From Octopus vulgaris (taxonomy: Eukaryota): 64,000 nt of DNA. Location: assembly GCA_951406725.2 (NCBI GenBank), contig OX597818.1, forward strand, positions 34,100,001-34,164,000, read 5' to 3'. The stretch's first letter is position 1. The number at the start of each line of letters is the position of its first letter. A model generated the notes under the pieces. It was not told the DNA's origin and searched no databases. It saw nothing but the letters and a program-made list of their open reading frames with translations. Made by a program: the position numbers and the translations under genes. Shown here in pieces: positions 14,670 through 26,962 of this stretch.

Positions 14670-14711
14670 GCTGCATTGAAAAGGGGCAATACCCCGAAAC
14701 GCGTCTGCAGC
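14670..14711 (+). ncRNA. Minimal type I hammerhead ribozyme, U3:A8 core variant (inverted copy)
   Basis: Plus strand GCTGCA TTGAAAA GGGG CAATA CCCC GAAA CGCG TC TGCAGC; predicted cleavage after C14705. Confidence 0.88.
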
Positions 14712-14873
14712 TGCCGGTCAAGTAGTGTGGAGCGACTGACCTCCTTGTTCGAAGGTTATATGGATACAGTTTGTGTATCAAATAGCTAACTTAAGGCGAT
14801 GGCCTCATGGAGCTAATAAGCGGACAGCTTTATTCTTATTTTTATAAGAATGCCATATTAGTATGGCGATAAC

Positions 14874-14910
<37 letters not shown>

Positions 14911-14914
<4 letters not shown>

Positions 14915-16184
14915 AAGTTGACGGTTTCGCATCCATAAAGCACTTAGACGTATAGGTGACTCGTCAGACTGAAATGGCGTAGGCACATAACTTCTCTACA
15001 ACTGGAGGAAAAAGACGTCATGGTCAGTTAGTTTGTTAACAGAATATATGCATCTGGAATGGCCATGATGTGGAAGCCGCGCCTCCTTATTACAGCGAGG
15101 CTCTGGTGTCCAGTAGGTTCAAGTACCGATTTCTTGTATGCCGGGTTCTAGCACCCACAAAAGGAAGCACCACCGTAAAGTTGTTTGATTTTCCCCACCC
15201 TTTTCACTTAACGTCAATACTTGCGTGGGAAGAATTTTCCTTAGATTAATGGATAAAATCTTCAGTCACACAGATACGGACGTTTGTTAAACAGGCACAA
15301 CTTAAGAGTCTTTTGGTTGCGCACCCAGTATTAAGAAAATATTAGTGAGCTGCAAGCAACGGCAGGATGCTCATGTAGAGTGTACAATGGCTGCTCGGTG
15401 GCGGTGGTGGTGGTGGTGGGGAGGTCGATGCGAGGCCGAAGGGTTCATGCATGCGGCTGAGATGGTGGCCGGCTCTGGTAACTAGAACAACAGCGTAGAG
15501 CGCAACAACACATCTGCTGATAATAACAGCAATGGTGACGACACTTGCAGCGGCGATGGTAGTTGCAGCAGCAGAGACAATACCAACAAATACTACAGCA
15601 GCAATAACACCTACATTGTAGCCAGTAACAACAGGATCACCAGGATCACGTCCAAGAAAAGTAGCAACGGCAGCGACTCCAGCAACAGCAACTGCGGCGA
15701 CACTAATAACGAAATCAGGCACGGAGTTAACGAAAGAAACATCAGTGGTGGTAGCACATCCAGTACACAGACACGGAAATATGTCAGTTCTAACGGCGGC
15801 CATTTTAAGCAACGTCTGAACAACCACATGTTCACTTTTAGAATACCGGAAATAAATATTTAGTCAATGTCCTCATCTGAAACGTTTCCTATTACAAAAT
15901 TGGAATTCCCCATAGAACCACCGCAGTCTCTTTGAATATGCTGCAGCTGGAACCAATGTAAGGGGGATAACACTGTCCTGCTGGAACACCTCCAGCACGG
16001 CCACTCCGGATGGATATTTTTTGTTTACATAACTAACTCACCGTGAGATCTTTCTCCCTCGAATTCTAGAGAGGTTATGTATTTACGGCCATTTGAGTCT
16101 GACGAGTTGCCCTATACGACTAAGCGCATTATGGGCGCGAAATCAATAGTCAATATCTCACTGGTCATAATAATTAACTTCCTA
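14911..16184 (+). mobile_element. Degenerate Penelope-like retroelement (Naiad-type) 3' fragment between inverted pLTR-like repeats
   Basis: Manual translation gives RKVV*FSPPFSLNVNTCVGRIFLRLMDKIF (from about 15175) and YVSSNGGHFKQRLNNHMFTFR (from about 15779), resembling the Naiad linker and GIY-YIG motifs. About 90-bp imperfect inverted repeats at 14918-15003 and 16064-16153 each contain CTGACGA...GAAA. Confidence 0.75.
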
Positions 16185-16244
16185 AAAATATATTACTGCT
16201 CTAATATTTTAGTGTGCTACTTTTTCGGATATATGAACTACTGA

Positions 16245-16317
<73 letters not shown>

Positions 16318-16318
<1 letters not shown>

Positions 16319-16480
16319 TCTTTTAGTCTTACTTGTTTTAGTCATTTGACTGCGGCCATGCAGGGTATTAAGTCTATCGGTCTCTCTTTACCGAACCGTT
16401 AGGTTACAGGGACACAAGTACAGCAACACCGGTTGTCAAACGGTGCTGGGGGACAAACAGATATACATAAACACAGATAA

Positions 16481-16511
<31 letters not shown>

Positions 16512-16661
16512 AGGGTTTCATTCAGTTTCCATCTACCAAACCCACTCACAAGGCTTTGGTTGGCCCGAGGGCATTGTAGAAGACTGTTGCCCAGGGTGCG
16601 ACCCTATCCCGGAGCCATGTGGTTGAGAAGTAAGCTTCTTGCCACACAGTCACGTCTGCGC
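16318..16661 (-). mobile_element. SINE family C
   Basis: Reverse-complement match with internal (CA)n. Confidence 0.78.
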
Positions 16662-17038
16662 CTATATATATATATTCGTATGCAAGTATGTGTGTGTATA
16701 TATATATATATTATTTTTATAACGAAGTTGCGTATTGTCCTTGCTTTCAAAACGCGGAGTAGATGAAACAGAGACAACTGATGAAGGGGAATATTCTTTA
16801 TGTTGCATTCTCGTTTCTCTGTTTTTTCTTTGTTCGAAAAAAAGTTCATTGTTTATATTTTTATTTTTATGATTTCGTTTCTTATTGTGTTCAACATTTT
16901 TTTGATGTCCTGTACCCATATATGCATGTATATATACATACATATGTAGGTATGTACATATACGTATGTATATATGCATATATGTATATATTATTTATAT
17001 ATATACATATATATATATATATGTATGTATATATATGT

Positions 17039-17107
<69 letters not shown>

Positions 17108-17678
17108 TGTGGCGTATTCGTATACAACAAAGCAGTCGGCCCATAAGTCAGACGTTCAGTGCAGGGTTCGTTAAGGGACGGTTTCTTTAAGCGAACACAC
17201 GAGAAAAAATGTTAGTCATCAAAATGGCGCTAAAATAAGCATAAAAGTGAAATGTTAATAATTGTTTATATTGCCATGCTATTTCGAGAACAGATGCTTT
17301 TTGATGATCTGAAATAATTGCATGGACTGATTCCAGTTATGAATGTAGCCACATAATAAATTCTTCGTATGAATATTTTATGTTTCCTTTCATGCTGATG
17401 ATGATGACGACGAGACGATGACGATGATGATGATCATGATGATTATTATGATGATGGTCATGACGACCGCCGCTATATTGTCCTTATATTATTATTTTTG
17501 CTACATATGATGATGACTATGACATATTACTACTACTAATAATAGTAATAATAGGATTATTACTATTGTTGTTGTTATTGTTATTATTATAAGTCCCCCT
17601 CCCTCATCTGATACCGCTGTGGCAAATAAAAGAAATAGTTATATTTATTAATATTGTTGTTATTATCATCCTTATTGT

Positions 17679-17715
<37 letters not shown>

Positions 17716-17781
17716 GGTGGTGGTGGTGGTGGTGGTGGTGGTGGTGGTGATTTGGTGGTGGTGGTGGTGGTGGTGGTGGTG

Positions 17782-17855
<74 letters not shown>

Positions 17856-17999
17856 GGGGAGGTTTCTTCATCAAATTTAGCAGTGGGGGTAGCGAGTCAG
17901 ATAATGAAATTCACCTCACAACACTTCAGTAAATGAACAGCTGCTAGCCTTTTAGGAACTCCGAAACCACCCAACACTAGAGTACTTACTGATCACATG

Positions 18000-18051
<52 letters not shown>

Positions 18052-19412
18052 ATACATACATACATACATACATACAAACCCACCCACGCATACACATGTA
18101 CCCACGCACACATATGTACCCACGCAGATACACACAAGAACATTCACACGCCTGTATCCGATCAAATACGCATTGGGATATATCAAACTACCACGTAGAA
18201 AAAGCTGAATAAGCAAGCCCACTCCACAGTACTCCTGGAACATTAGCCCACCGGTGTTCCCTTTAATTTGTGCGCTTGTGCGCGCGCACACGATTTACAG
18301 CTAGCGCACAAAGGAAAACAAAATGTGTATACTATGTTATCAAGATGGAAATTGATATTTTTCTTAATTGAAAATATTGAATGAATGAAGAGCCCCTATC
18401 TCCACCTGCGGCACAATTTGCACTAGCATCAGAGGTTGCCTCCATAGTATGAACTTATGTGATTGGACATACCTCATGTTAGTTTCATCAACCATACTCT
18501 TCCGTGATGCTTTGGGGCATGTTGGAAGAGTGTACTATATCGATTGTTTTCACCGCAGCTAAGGAGCTCAATCTGCCCTTACAAAAATCTATTTTCTTCT
18601 AAAGATGGAACCCTGACAGGTATTACCGCTCCGGATCAGAACGGACCTAGGAGTAATGATAATTAAGGGGTGATTCAACGTTCTCTACACCTCGAGATCT
18701 CCCAAACTGAAACCGTACCAGCGGATACAGTCTAATGCTTGAATTAAATAAAATTGGAGAAATTAATTTAGGTTGATGAGGCGGGTAATATAATATTTTA
18801 CTTGTAATAGATAATAAATTAAACGATGGAGATTTTTCGAATATGATGTCTTGCAAACAACTTGCACACCAGTCAAGAACTCCGCATACCGGTAGCCAGC
18901 AAGTGTATGGGGTCATCAGGAGAGAATGCGCGCCGTTTCGGGGCCTTCCTCTCGACGATATCAATGCGCACCGGCCCCCACCTCTCACTGATATGAGGCC
19001 CCGCTTGCTAGATCAACTGGTTATTAAATAAAGCTTAATATTTCTCTAGCCATCGCTCATCAATAAACTTGAAAGCAAGCGATTTACAAGAACGAATCCA
19101 AGACAGACAAAATATATATATTACTAGGCACCGGAATTGAAGAACACTGTTAATCGTGAAGTAGACAGCACGTTACTCATCGTGTTCCAAGTATGTTTCA
19201 CCAGCTCAAATTAATGCTTCCAATGTGCCAAATGAGAATCCTTGATGTTTTTGTTTTGCAGCACTTAACAGCCGTTCGTTTCCATTCTTACTTGAAAACA
19301 CGCGAGGATTGGCGATAATGACATCTGGCTGCAGAAAGATCTACCTCGACAAATTTGGTCCGAAGCATACGAGCATAGGGAAATGGACGTTAAAACGATG
19401 GCAACGATGACA

Positions 19413-19413
19413 G

Positions 19414-19470
<57 letters not shown>

Positions 19471-19563
19471 CGATGATAGTGATGATAGTGATGATGATGA
19501 TGATGATGATGATGATGACGATGATGATGACGATGAGGATGACGATGATGATGAAGATGATGA
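19413..19563. repeat. (GAT)n tract preceded by a LINE-like 3' end (GGAAATGGACGTTAAA)
   Basis: Tract read directly; the tail assignment is inference. Confidence 0.8.
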
Positions 19564-20037
19564 GGAGGATGGGATGGGGTGGTGAAGCATAGTGCAAATG
19601 AGGAAATGCAAATTATAAAGGGGCGTTTGAAGATTTTAGTCAAAAGAAATAAACAGCCACATGATCTCAACAACAGTACTTTCGAGACTTGAGATTGTTA
19701 ATGGTAATATTCGTGTTCAGATTGAGCATTTGTAAGTAAACTTTCAAGCAAAAACAAAAAATAAATAATAATAAAACTCGAGAACCGAGTTTTCAGAGAG
19801 TTGGCTTCCTTAGAAGCAATATTACAGTAACGTGGTTAGTGCAGGAAACTTGTTAACATATATAATACGGATAATAAAAGTGAGAGAAGGCTGGGTAGAA
19901 GTGGCATGCAATAAGCTACTTCAGAGAAACAGAGATGTTTGATGTAGCGCCAGAATAGGCACAGAGAGGAGACAACGCATTTGCAGACCTGCGGTTGTAA
20001 AGTTACAGTGAACGAAACGCTTCCAATCAGATAAATA

Positions 20038-20498
20038 TTGGGTTGTCCGGAAAGTTCGTGCCGATTTATAGTAGCTTATCTTTCGACTTATTTTAGAACA
20101 TGGTTGGGTCCATAAAATAGGATTTGACTACACCTCCATTTAGATCACAGTTTAAGCTATCTTTTCGTGGAAGAAGATTTATGTTCCTATATCCTGTGTT
20201 AATTCCGTAACCCTTTAAATTGGAAGATAAGAAAGTTCATTTTCGGCACTTGATGCTTTGGGAACCAGACAAAAATTGCTGCAGTTCGGTTGAGATGTGG
20301 TACCCCTCCCTCCATATTCACCAGATATTGTTCCTTCGGATTTCCACTTATTCAAGTCTCTGCAGAATAGTCTTAATGGTAAAAATTTTAATTTCTTGGA
20401 TGATGTAAAAAGATACCTTGATGAATTCTTTGCCATGAAACCCCCTCAATTCTTTTTCTCTCCTTTAAAAATCGGCACGAACTTTCCGGACAACCCAA
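20038..20498 (+). mobile_element. Internally deleted mariner element
   Basis: TIRs TTGGGTTGTCCGGAAAGTTCGTGCCGATTT and its complement, TA target duplications. Transposase N-terminus (EDKKVHFRHLML) is fused to the C-terminus (PPYSPDIVPSDFHLF). Confidence 0.92.
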
Positions 20499-20929
20499 TA
20501 TATTACCAAAACAACAAAACATACACAAGATAACACGACCAGACACTGCATACATATGACGTAGAATAATTCCGATGCAGTAAAATAAACAAAAATATAT
20601 TGCATGTACCCAGGTCACACAGCAGCTCTTTCAATTGTGCAGTAAAAGCACCCAATACAAACAAAGCTCCTGTGAAAATAATAATGTTTTCTTTAGTTGC
20701 CAAACTGAACCGCAGAAACACATAACAGTAGCGAAGCAGAATGAGTGAGTAAATATGCATTTGTGTGCGTGCGTGTGAATGCGCACGTTCGTGTGTGTGT
20801 GCATGCGTGTGTGCGTGCTCTGTGTGCGTGTATGTGTGTGTATATAAATGCATATATATCATGTCGTACTGTACTAAAATGTAATTAAAATGAAAGTATA
20901 AAATATAATAAAATATACAAAAGAGGTTT

Positions 20930-21775
20930 CAAATTTTAGCACAAGGCCTGCAATCTTCTCGACCCTGAAAGAATGAAAAGCAAAGTTGTCTTCGGCAAGA
21001 TTTAAACGCAGAACGTAATGAGCGGGAGGGAAATACCTATTTCTTTACTACCCACAAGGGGCTAAACACAGAGAGGACAAACAAGGACAGACAAACGGAT
21101 TAATTCGATTATATCGACACCAGTGCGTAACTGGTACTTATTTAATCGACCACGAAAGGATGAAAAGCAAAGTCGACCTCGGCGGAATTTGAACTCACAA
21201 CGTAGCGGCAGATGAAATACCGCTGAGCACTTCGCCCTGCGTGCTAGCGATTCTGCCAGCTCGCCGCCTTAACGGGAAGGAAATACTTATTTCTTTACTA
21301 CCCACAAGGGGCTAAACACAGAGAGGACAAACAAGGACAGACAAACGGATTAAGTCGGTTACATCGACCCCAGTATGTAACTAGTACTTATTTAAGGCGG
21401 CGAGCTGGCAAAAACGTTTGCGCGCCGGGCGAAATGCTTCGTGGTATGTCGTCTGTCGTAACGTTATGAGTTCAAATTCCGTCGAGGTCGACTTTGCCTT
21501 TCATCCTTTCGGGGTTGATAAATTAAGTACCAGTTACGCACTGGGGTCGCTATAATCGACTTAATACCTATGTCTGTCCTTGTTTGTCCCCTCTATGTTT
21601 AGCCCCTTGTGGGTAATAAAGGAATAGGTACTTATTTAATCGACCCCGAAAGGATGAAAGACAAAGTCGAACTCGGCGGAATTCGAACTCAGAATGTAGC
21701 GGCAGACGAAATACCGCAATGCGTTTTGTCCGGTTTGTTAATGATTCTGCCAAATGGCCAGCCAAACAGGATTTC
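20930..21775. mobile_element. Nested cluster of SINE family A copies in both orientations
   Basis: Minus copies at about 21033-21270 and 21285-21770. The latter is split by a plus-strand copy (21396-21627) with TSD GTACTTATTTAA. Confidence 0.88.
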
Positions 21776-22277
21776 ATCTAACTTTCACCGCCCTTAAAGC
21801 TTTCAGTTTAAATTACGAAGCTTGCGCACTGCAATGCCAGATTCATAATTTTTCTGCACTTTACATAAAATTTATTGGGACCGGGTCAAGGCTTTACTCT
21901 TCATCTCCACGTTCCACATAACACTAGACAGCGACAATTATGTCTTTGATTAAAAGAGAGGATGTCTGAACTCAATGTGTTTAAATTCTATACGGTAGTA
22001 CATCTTTTGCAATAACTAACAGCAGGCACAAACAATACAGCCTGAACACCCTTCTAAAGAAGGAACAGCGTAGAATAAGCTTTAAAAAGACTCGGCAGGC
22101 ATTTTGATCCGTCCTGCATGACGCAGTAACTGCTCAACATAGGCTCACATGCAAACTTTACATGGGCTAATGGCTAGCATCTGTAGATCAGTTTTATATA
22201 TCCTTGCACTATTCGAATATATATTGCATGACATCACAACGGTACGTGTGTCTGTGTGTGTTCGTGTTCGTATGTGT

Positions 22278-22308
<31 letters not shown>

Positions 22309-22405
22309 TGTGCGTGCGAGTATAATTTCCGTGTCTTTGTTCATATTTAATGGTATCGAGCAACTTAGCGTTCGTTATACCGTAACTCATCGATTCAGTG
22401 TATAA

Positions 22406-22784
22406 TCTTTATATATAAAGCTGAAGTTGTCTGTGTATGGCAGGTTTGGTAGCCTTCAACTAACACTATCTCCTCCGAGACTCTGCTGCGCAAGTTGACC
22501 AACATTGAGAGTATAATAGAAGAAGGCTTGCTCTTCATTCCGTAGAAGAAAAGATTCAAATCGGACCATGTTAACACCAAAAATTATTTACTTCACAATG
22601 GTGCTTTTTTTCTATGAAAATCCCTATTTTTTACTGCTGTGTCGTCATTTTTCGATGTATTTCAACCAGGAAAATGTTCACTTAAAGAGAATAACAAGCT
22701 ACATAATGCAGAATTTTTACTTTTCAAAAATTCTAATTCTAAAGGGTCGAAACAAACTCGAGCAACGCCGGGCGATATTGCTAG
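22406..22784 (+). mobile_element. Non-autonomous Helitron
   Basis: Starts A|TCTTTATATATAAAG, ends with hairpin CTCGAGCAACGCCGGG then CTAG|T. Confidence 0.8.
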
Positions 22785-23352
22785 TGTTCGATAAAATGAT
22801 TGCCGGACTCTGAATCCAGTACTACCGATTAAAAAACCTTCCAAATGATGCCACAAGATGGCCGCACAGCAAACAATGACACCAAACGAAAAATAGTATA
22901 TATTCATATAATATTATTTTAGTTTAATTTAAAATCTTTAGTAAGAATGCTTCTAAAAAGTAATAAGTTAATATGGTTCTGCTAACATATTTCCTTAATA
23001 AGCTGCAAGTAATTCTATTCCACTATGTCGACAGTGAAAAAAATACAGGTATAAAATAGAAGGTTAAATAAAATGTATACTGCAAAAAGCACCAGAAAAA
23101 ATACACACAAGAAGCTCGCCATCCACACTTCAGTTACTTATTCCATCGAAGTAAATATGGCGTTCATCCTCGTTGCATATCCTCGCTGCCTGCCCGGACA
23201 CAGCTTTCACAGCTTTGTTATAGTAATGATGAGTATTAACAGCGTGTCATCACAGCAGGAGAAGGAAGTCCCATGAAATACAATCAGATGTGTGTTTACG
23301 AAGGTAATGATGTTATTGGCAGTGACGTGTAGCAGTTAGTAGTAGTAGCAGC

Positions 23353-23401
<49 letters not shown>

Positions 23402-23686
23402 TCGGTGATGTTGAAGGAGGGAAAAGTGTTTTTGTTTTTTTTCTGTTATGTTTTTGTCTTTTTTAAAAAAAGTTTTGGGAGGGAAGAGGAATTCGGGAAA
23501 CAGAGTTTTTGCTGTTGTTGTTGTTGTTGTTAATTTTATTTAGGGTGAGGTTTTATACTTTCTTTCTGGTGTAAGATAAGGGAGCAGCTAACAAAATATG
23601 GCCCTTGCCTTCTCTGTGGGGAAGTTTTCAAAAATGCTCCAATGATGAAATTCAAGCTTGAATATATACGTGTATTGCATATGATA

Positions 23687-24494
<808 letters not shown>

Positions 24495-24709
24495 ACCAGC
24501 ACTGAGATCTTTTTAAGTGTGTTTGTGCTTATGCCAGCTTATGTTTGTACACATCCATCTGTATTTAGACGAATATGTATTTCTTAGCTGTTTTTTCAGT
24601 TGGTTTAAAACCGTTGCAATTCTGACAGCCACGAAAGTGCATGGGCACGTGTATAAAATCTGGAATATCTTACCCTTAATTTTTTCTAAACGTTAACATT
24701 TGTTAATAA

Positions 24710-25120
24710 TAATCCTCTCTATTAAAGGTACAAATTTTATGGAAGAGGACAAGTCGATTACATTTACCCAAATGCTTGACTGGTACTTAATTTATTGACC
24801 CCGAAAGGAGGAAAAGCGAAGTCGACCCCTATGGAATTTGAACTCAGAACGTGAATACGGACGAAATGCCGCTAAACATTCTGCCAGCTCGCCGCCTTAA
24901 TGACAATCCTTTCTACTAAAGACAAAAGGCCTGAAATTTGTGGGGAGGAAGTCCAGTCAATTAGATCGACTCCAGTGTTTCATTGGTACTTAATTCATCG
25001 ACCCCGAAAGAATGGAAAACAAAATCAACCTCGGTAGAATTTGAACTCAGAACTTTGAGACGAACGAAATGACGCAAAGCATTTTGCCCGGCATGCTAAC
25101 GATTCTGCCAGCTCGCTGCC

Positions 25121-25197
<77 letters not shown>

Positions 25198-25424
25198 GAT
25201 GATGATGATAACAATAATAATTTTTCCACAAGGGCACCAACTTTGGGGGAGGGGGATGAGTCCATCACTTCAACCCCAGTGTTCAACTGGTACTTATTTT
25301 ATCGACCCTGACAGGATGAAAGGTAAAGTCACCCTCGGCGGAATTTGAACTCAGAGCGTAATGACGGGCGAAATGCTGCTAAGCATTTCGCCCAGTGCGC
25401 TAACGATTCTGCCAGCTCGCCGAC

Positions 25425-25522
<98 letters not shown>

Positions 25523-25560
25523 CGACTTATCCTCTCCCTCGAAATTGCTGGTCTTGTGCC
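24710..25560 (-). mobile_element. Three SINE family A copies separated by short spacers and (AAT)n
   Basis: Heads ending near 24898, 25122 and 25426. Confidence 0.85.
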
Positions 25561-25573
25561 AAGATTTTAAATC

Positions 25574-25725
25574 AAGAAGAAGAAGAAGAAGAAGAAGAAG
25601 AAGAAGAAGAAAGAGGAGGAGGAGGAGGAGGAGGGGGGGAGAAGAAGAAGAAGAAGAAGAAGAAGAAGAAGAAGAAGAAGAAGAAGAAGAAGAAGAAGAA
25701 GAAGAAGAAGAAGAAGAAGAAGAAG

Positions 25726-25755
<30 letters not shown>
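25574..25755. repeat. (GAA)n/(GGA)n polypurine tract
   Basis: Direct reading. Confidence 0.97.
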
Positions 25756-25758
<3 letters not shown>

Positions 25759-25946
25759 AATAATATTTCCATCGAGACTTTACTGAGTGAGTATGACTGC
25801 TCAGATTCGCAGAAATATATTTTTCTCTTCTAGACCTGACTATATAGAAAAAGGGAAAGTTTACGAAAATAAACAAAAGACGAAGGCAGGTGGAGTACAA
25901 ACAAACAAATGTATTAGTATAGCGCTCAGGAATAGAAATAGAAAAA

Positions 25947-25986
25947 GTATTTTACGTTTCGAGCCTACGCTCTTCGACAGAAAGAT
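25947..25986 (-). ncRNA. Hammerhead-like motif with atypical core (CUGUCGA)
   Basis: Minus strand TTT-CTGTCGA-A-GAGC-GTAG-GCTC-GAAA-CG-TA/AAA. Perfect stem II and ACGT palindrome, but A6 is replaced by U and stem I is weak. Confidence 0.4.
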
Positions 25987-26649
25987 ACATAGAAAAAAAA
26001 AACAAGGAGAGAAACAAGGAGAGAAAAAAATGCGTGTAGGAGCTAACGATCTATCATGGCGTCCTGGGCTCTCTTTGCCACTGGATCAATGGCGTAAAGA
26101 TAAACAATATAAGATATACAGAGGATAACGCACTATTGGATGAAGGCAATGAGGAATTACAAGAAATTGTTAGAGTTGTACTAAAGAGTATAGTAACAAG
26201 ACAAGCGTACGTATGAATGCAAAGACAAAACCACGTCACTGGTTATTAGTAATATAAAGCATACAAACATCTACCACATAAACACATTCATTTATATAGA
26301 TGAAAACTCATCATAGCAAGCACAAAACTACAGGCACCATGAATATATACACTCATATACAATGCTCAATAACATAAGCCAGAAGCAATTTTGCAAAAGA
26401 TAGTCGAATATTAACAAAAACCATCTCATATGACGTATATTCTTAACTTTGTGCTTAATTACCTTCGTGAAATATACTTAGCGATAGATCCTGGATACAG
26501 TGTTTTGCTCAAACACACATACACACACATACATACGCGTGTATGTACGTATGTATGTAGATATATATCTGTGTGTGTGTGCGTGTGTAATTAAAAAAAT
26601 TAAGTATATGTCTTAACCTTATAGTATTCAGATTAGTCTATTAAATAAT

Positions 26650-26962
26650 GAAGGTGCGTGGCTCAATGGTTAGAGAGTCAGGATCACAATCACGAGGTAG
26701 TGAATTCGATTCCCGAACCGAGCTGTGTGGTGTGTTCTCGAGCAAGACACTTTTGTTCACTCAGCAGCATAAATGAGTTGCGACGTCATTTGTTCCAACC
26801 TGTATCGACCTTTCCCTTGGATACCATCAGTGGCATGGAGAGGGGAGGCTGGTATGCATGGGCGTCTGCTGTTCTTCCGTAAAGAACCTTGCTTAGACTT
26901 GTGCTTCGGAGAAAACTTTCTAGGTGCAATTTTGTCGTCGTTCATGACCTTAGAAGGGGTCT
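26650..26962 (+). mobile_element. SINE family B (long variant)
   Basis: TGGCTCAATGG...TTCGATTCC...GAGCAAGACACTT head; tail shared with the 56862 and 63115 copies. Confidence 0.8.

Larger units (their letters stand above)
13601..14878. mobile_element. Retrozyme-like / Penelope pLTR-like non-coding element: about 2.5 direct copies of a 362-bp unit plus one inverted, circularly permuted copy, inserted in (TA)n
   Basis: Units start at 13601, 13963 and 14325 (third truncated at 14520) and are near-identical. 14521-14878 is the reverse complement of the unit. (TA)n flanks both sides, the ORF track shows no ORF of 60 aa or more starting inside it, and each full unit has a hammerhead motif. Confidence 0.9.

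Noticed and set aside
15342-15827. 161-aa hydrophobic minus-strand ORF resembling a membrane protein
   Set aside because: It is the antisense reading of the low-complexity linker of the Penelope-like remnant.
15936-16010. CSWNQC...LLEHLQHGH, a possible C2H2 zinc finger
   Set aside because: Cys-to-His spacing is too short, it is bounded by stops, and it lies in the decayed endonuclease region of the Penelope-like element.
16720-16920. Repeat with CTGATGA, related to 39740-39900, as a ribozyme
   Set aside because: No GAAA closes a stem II after the core in this copy; it may be a truncated terminal repeat but cannot be supported.
18880-18975. Minus-strand GAAA and CTGATGA close together
   Set aside because: No consistent stems in any hammerhead topology.
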